From: the human T2T-CHM13v2.0 reference genome, Homo sapiens
Assembly (NCBI RefSeq): GCF_009914755.1
Contig: NC_060927.1
Length of the DNA: 64,000 nt
Direction: 5' to 3' (one strand)
Positions 59,711 to 64,000 of this stretch are shown here, piece by piece; the stretch's first letter is position 1; every line of letters begins with the position of its first letter. The notes below the pieces were generated by a model. The model was not told the DNA's origin. It did not search any database and was given only the letters and a program-made list of their open reading frames with translations. The position numbers and the translations under genes are program-made.

Positions 59711-60299
59711 GAAAGGGAAGCTCTTTAATGAGATTCCTGCAACCAGACCATGGCACAGTTCTAAATTCCAAAGAAGGAGGGAGGACAGACACTAACACGT
59801 GTTGAGAGCTGACGGATGTGGCAGCACTGAAGCAGCTGTTCCTGGAAATTCACCAGTTGTCTTCTGATCTAAAAACACTCCTGGGGAAGCTCGTGAATAC
59901 CCACGGGTGAAGTGTTTTCCCCTGTACTATTCCCCCTACTAGCCATTCCCCAGTGCCTGGCTTTCAGTGATCTCTGGGTATGTGAACTCGAAACCAGCAT
60001 TTCAGTAGGGAAGATGTAGTCAGGCAGAAGAACGTGCTCCTGTCTACCCAAGTGATGCTCCTAAGTGTCTCCATGAATGTCTATGAGTACCCAGGAATGA
60101 ATGTTGTGTTTCTCATCCTGCATTGGATTTTACAGCCTTCATTAAATTTTGACCAACAAAATTGAGTGAGAAAAATCAGGCTTCCTGCAAGGAATGAGCT
60201 AAAACCAGTGTCGGGTTCTCACTGTGAACCTTGCATTTCCCTTTAATAACAGACATCAGACCACCTGCAAAAACATTACGTCTCACTAAGCCAGGTAAG

Positions 60300-61315
60300 A
60301 GTGAAACTAGAGAAAAGTAGAGGAAATGCCTTAAGTCAAAGTTTTGATTTGTAAATCTTAGAGGAGGACATGAAGCCCATGGATAAGCAATAGACTGGAA
60401 GAGTACAAAATGATACAAGAGGCAGTTTGCCTACCCCAGAGGAACAGATCCCCTGCGTAGAAAAGAATAGCACTGAGGAAGGGCTTTATGTCCTACCCAT
60501 TCCTCCTCTAGCCCCCAGCCATTCTTAGAGAAGGGAGAGGTGGCAAAAAAAACTCATAAGAAAGTTTGAGATATCTAAGAATAGAAGCTTTGGGGCATGT
60601 GACTGAAGTTCAGGAGGGCAGCAGCCATTATGCAGCTTCCCCAAATGTAACTTAAAGAATGGCTGCAAAGACTATCCAGGCAGACAAGGCTGAGGTGATC
60701 TCATGGAGTTCCCTCGGAGGCTCATGGAGCAGCCAGTTATTTCCCAGAGGGGCTTAGAAGTCTAGAGAGAGAGCCGAGCCCAAAAAAGCTTAGTCTGTTC
60801 AGCCAATTCCCTTGGTGACCTAATGGGAATCAGAGCACACTAGCAAGGACAATGTCAGTGATGAAGGCTACAGGGACTTTATGCCCTCCGTGGCCTCTCT
60901 CTATTCAGTCCAGTGCCACCTGAAAGCTTCTTGGAATTTACCTGCAATGCTGGATAAAGAATTGGGGTCCTACATTAGCTGTCCCCAGAACCACCATACA
61001 CAGAAATGCATACTATTCACTGCACAGGGACCCCTAGCTTAAGAAGCAGGTGTAGGCAGAAATCTAGTTTGTGTTGGCGCGGGGCTGCACCCTCCTGGAA
61101 GGGGATCTTTTTCTAATTTGCACAATGATGCCATAGGTTAGTGGCAGCTTGACTGAGCAAAACTTGATTTGACAGAGGTCCCTCTGAAGTGACTGAAAAG
61201 TTTTCACCACAAGCAGATTGAGGAACTAAGTAGAAATTAAGTTGGCGTATGAAAGAATAAAGTTAATGTCTCTTGCACATCTGAGTCTGTGGCCTGAGAT
61301 TTATGACCACTATAA
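60300..61315 (+). mobile_element. Possible ancient LTR (MamGypLTR-like)
   Basis: 3' signature aataaagttaatgtctcttgcacatctgagt; boundaries uncertain. Confidence 0.35.
60987..61151 (-). mobile_element. MER91A-like hAT MITE
   Basis: Reverse complement has ttgtgcaaattagaaaaagatccccttcc...gcagcccc...ctgtgcagtg. Confidence 0.7.
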
Positions 61316-61356
61316 AGAAAAATATGAAGAAACCAACTCCTCCTCAAAAGAATGCA

Positions 61357-61672
61357 TCTCTCTCTCTCTCTGTCTCTCTCTCTCTCTCTGCCTCTCTCTC
61401 TCTCTGGATGGCCTCACTCTCTTGCCCAGGCTGGAGTAAAGTGGCGTGATCACAGCTCACTGCAGCTTCAATCTCCTGGGTTCAAGCAATCCTCCCAACT
61501 CCCAGCTTCCCGAGTAGCTGGGACTACAGACACAGCACCACATCTGGCTAACTTTTTTTGTAGAGATGGGGTTTTGCCATGTTGCCCTGGTCTTGAATTC
61601 CTGGACTCAAGCCATCCACCTGCTTCGCCTTCCAAAGTGCTGGGATTATAGGCCTGAGCCATTGGACCCAGC
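61357..61672 (-). mobile_element. AluJ with (CT)n-converted tail
   Basis: gtgatcacagctcactgcagc..caagcaatcctccc diagnostics; (CT)n at 61357-61405. Confidence 0.92.
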
Positions 61673-61820
61673 TCAATTTTTATAATGATTAATATTTTGG
61701 TATATTTTCTTCCAGTCTTTTTCTGTATGCATTTTTCCATAGTTAATAACACATAGAACCTACAACTTGGTATCATGAATTTTCTGCTTAAAACTGTATC
61801 ACAGGGGAAATCATGTAGAC

Positions 61821-62191
61821 CAGGGGTCGCCAACCCCCGGGCCGAGGACTTTTACCAGTCTGTGGCCTGTTAGGAACCACACGGCACAGCAGGAGGTGAG
61901 CGGCAGGCAAGCTTCATCTGTGTTTACAGTCACTCCCGTGGCTCATATTACCACCTGAGCTCCGCCTCCTGTCAGATCAGCAGCGGCATTAGATTTTCAT
62001 AGAGCAGGAGCTCTACTGTGAACTGTGCATGGGAGGGATCTAGGTTGTGTGCTCCTTATGAGACTCTAATGCCTCATGATCTGAGGTGGGACAGTTTCAT
62101 CCTGAAACAATCCCCCATCTGCCTCTCCATCCATCGAAAAATTATCTTCCATGAAACCAGTCCCTGGTGCCAAAAAGTTTGGGCACCACTG
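61821..62191 (+). mobile_element. MER1B (hAT-Charlie)
   Basis: caggggtcgccaacccc...ctccgcctcctgtcagatcagcagcggcattagatt...ccctggtgccaaaaagtttgggcaccactg. Confidence 0.92.
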
Positions 62192-63544
62192 ACACAGATG
62201 GTAGATCTTGACCTCATCTGTATTTTTGAAACATCTGAGTTACTTACACAAGTGCTATGCCCCATGGCCACATCCCAGAGCAATAGAATGCCACCATTAA
62301 CATGCCAAACTTAACCAAACTTAACATGCCACCAGAATCACTAACTTAAGGCACAGATGTATTCAGAGTTGAGAAGTTGCCTGAGGACTGAATCTTTGAG
62401 ACTCCTTACTCAGATAGGTACAAATATTAATGTGATGTAAATCACGTGGGGATGGTGCTCAAATGCTGATGCTGATTCAGCAGCGCTAGGGCCTGAGATT
62501 CTACATTTCTCACATGCTCGAAGTTGATGTTGCTGGCCAGTGGGAGGACTGCATTTTGAGTACCATGGGCTCAGAGGTCCAGAAGATGAAAAAGCAGCAG
62601 AAAGATAATTTCTACTAAATTTCTACTAAAGCATTTTCCAAGTCATTACAAACTATTTTTTAACTATTGTTTTTAATATTTAGATATTTCATAGAATAAA
62701 TAGACCACATTTTTTCTCTTAAACATTTCCTACTGTTGGCCATTTAAATTGTTTTCAATTTTGCTGTTGTAACTAAGGAAGGAGAAACCTCTTTGTGCAT
62801 ACTTCTTTGTCCTCAACTTTTAAATGAGAAACTAATAAAGGAAAATGATGAGTAGTGGAGCAGGCCCCAGAGTAACACACCCCTGAAGGCCTGACTTCCC
62901 TTCCAACATGTGCCAGTGTTACTGTGTCCTCAGGCAAGCTAAGCAATGTTTCTTCACCTCAGTTTTCTTTGCTACAAAATGGGCTTTTTCTTTTCTCATA
63001 TCCTTGAAATAAAGGGCGTTCATAAAATTATCTGCAACTCAGAACTCCCTCTGTGGAGCTACCGTGTTATTTTTTTGTCACAGCTCAGGGACAATGACCA
63101 GGTATGCCAATGGTAATTGCTGGGGCCACCCTCCCCCAAAGCCAACCCAATACAGAACTGCTGATGCCACAGTCATAAACAAACCCTAGGATGTGGCCCA
63201 CCCTTCAGTGTTTGGATTTCAGTGCCAGGGGTAAGAAATATGAAAGACATGGAAAGAAGCAGCTGCGTTCCAAGACACTCCTTCAGATAAAGTTTCCTTT
63301 AAAACATTTTTACCATTCTTCATCAATATTTATAAAGAGATGAATAGATACAGCCACATTCCTCCTGGGCTGTGTCTCAGACACACCTATAATATCTGAT
63401 CAAAATACAACTATTGTTTGTTGGTTCGGGGAGCACTTTTATTGGCAAGCTTCTTTGAAAATGAGGAGCCAAGTCAGCCCCATGTAGCAAAAAAATAAAA
63501 TCAAAATCAGTTACATGAGTACAAAAAGATGGATGTAATTTTTT

Positions 63545-63790
63545 AAGGGCAACATGATGTGGCAGAAAGAGCATGGAATTTAGATTCCTGGATGTGATTC
63601 TCAAATTGGTCTCTTGCTGCTAGAGACTCAGAGCAAGTTAATTCACCACTTTGAGCTTCAGTTTCTTCTTCGGGGGGGTATGATGAAAGTTATTATAAAC
63701 ACAGAGAGAATCAGCTTTTCTAGAAAGAGTTCATTGATGTATCTGGCCTCTCAAGCAGGCAGAATGTTAGTTAATACTTGCCAACCTGTT
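63545..63790. mobile_element. MIR
   Basis: agcaagttaattcaccactttgagcttcagtttctt. Confidence 0.65.
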
Positions 63791-63947
63791 GAGGTATCAT
63801 GGACCCTTAAGGTTTCATCCAGTATTCATGGTTTAATCTTTGGGAAACACCATGAAGGACACCTAGCTTCTAAATAAGTCTCCCACTAGGTCCCACATGG
63901 CAACTGGAATTCCCAAATGACTTCCCTTTTGGGTTAAGGGGGGTGGT

Positions 63948-64000
63948 TCTCAGTGTGAAGAGACCACCAAACAGGCTTTGTGTGAGCAACATGGCTGTTT
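63948..64000 (-). mobile_element. LTR7 (HERV-H LTR) 3' terminus, continues beyond the window
   Basis: gtgtgaagagaccaccaaacaggctttgtgtgagcaacatggctgttt is the reverse complement of the LTR7 R/U5 end. Confidence 0.88.

Overview
Primate (most likely human) non-coding DNA, identified from Alu J/S/Y, THE1, L1PB and an LTR7 edge. It is dominated by interspersed repeats: about 17 Alus, many L1/L2/MIR fragments, MaLR and ERV LTRs, and hAT and Tigger DNA transposons, often nested with readable target-site duplications (TSDs). I find no credible host protein-coding gene. The supplied ORFs are Alu/L1 read-throughs or chance ORFs. Subfamily labels are from remembered consensus sequences and need RepeatMasker/Dfam confirmation. 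I cannot demonstrate a new biological system. The best leads are: (1) a minus-strand HERV-H LTR7 at the right edge pointing into the window, with candidate minus-strand non-coding exons; (2) a strong CTCF site with its upstream motif at ~58.5 kb; (3) an unexplained CpG-rich, hairpin-rich patch at ~55.4 kb; (4) a perfect 31-bp inverted repeat around a G-run loop inside an old L1; (5) a tailless 41-nt U6 retrocopy with TSD; (6) an Alu apparently split by a micro-inversion; (7) an orphan A-rich tail with TSD.
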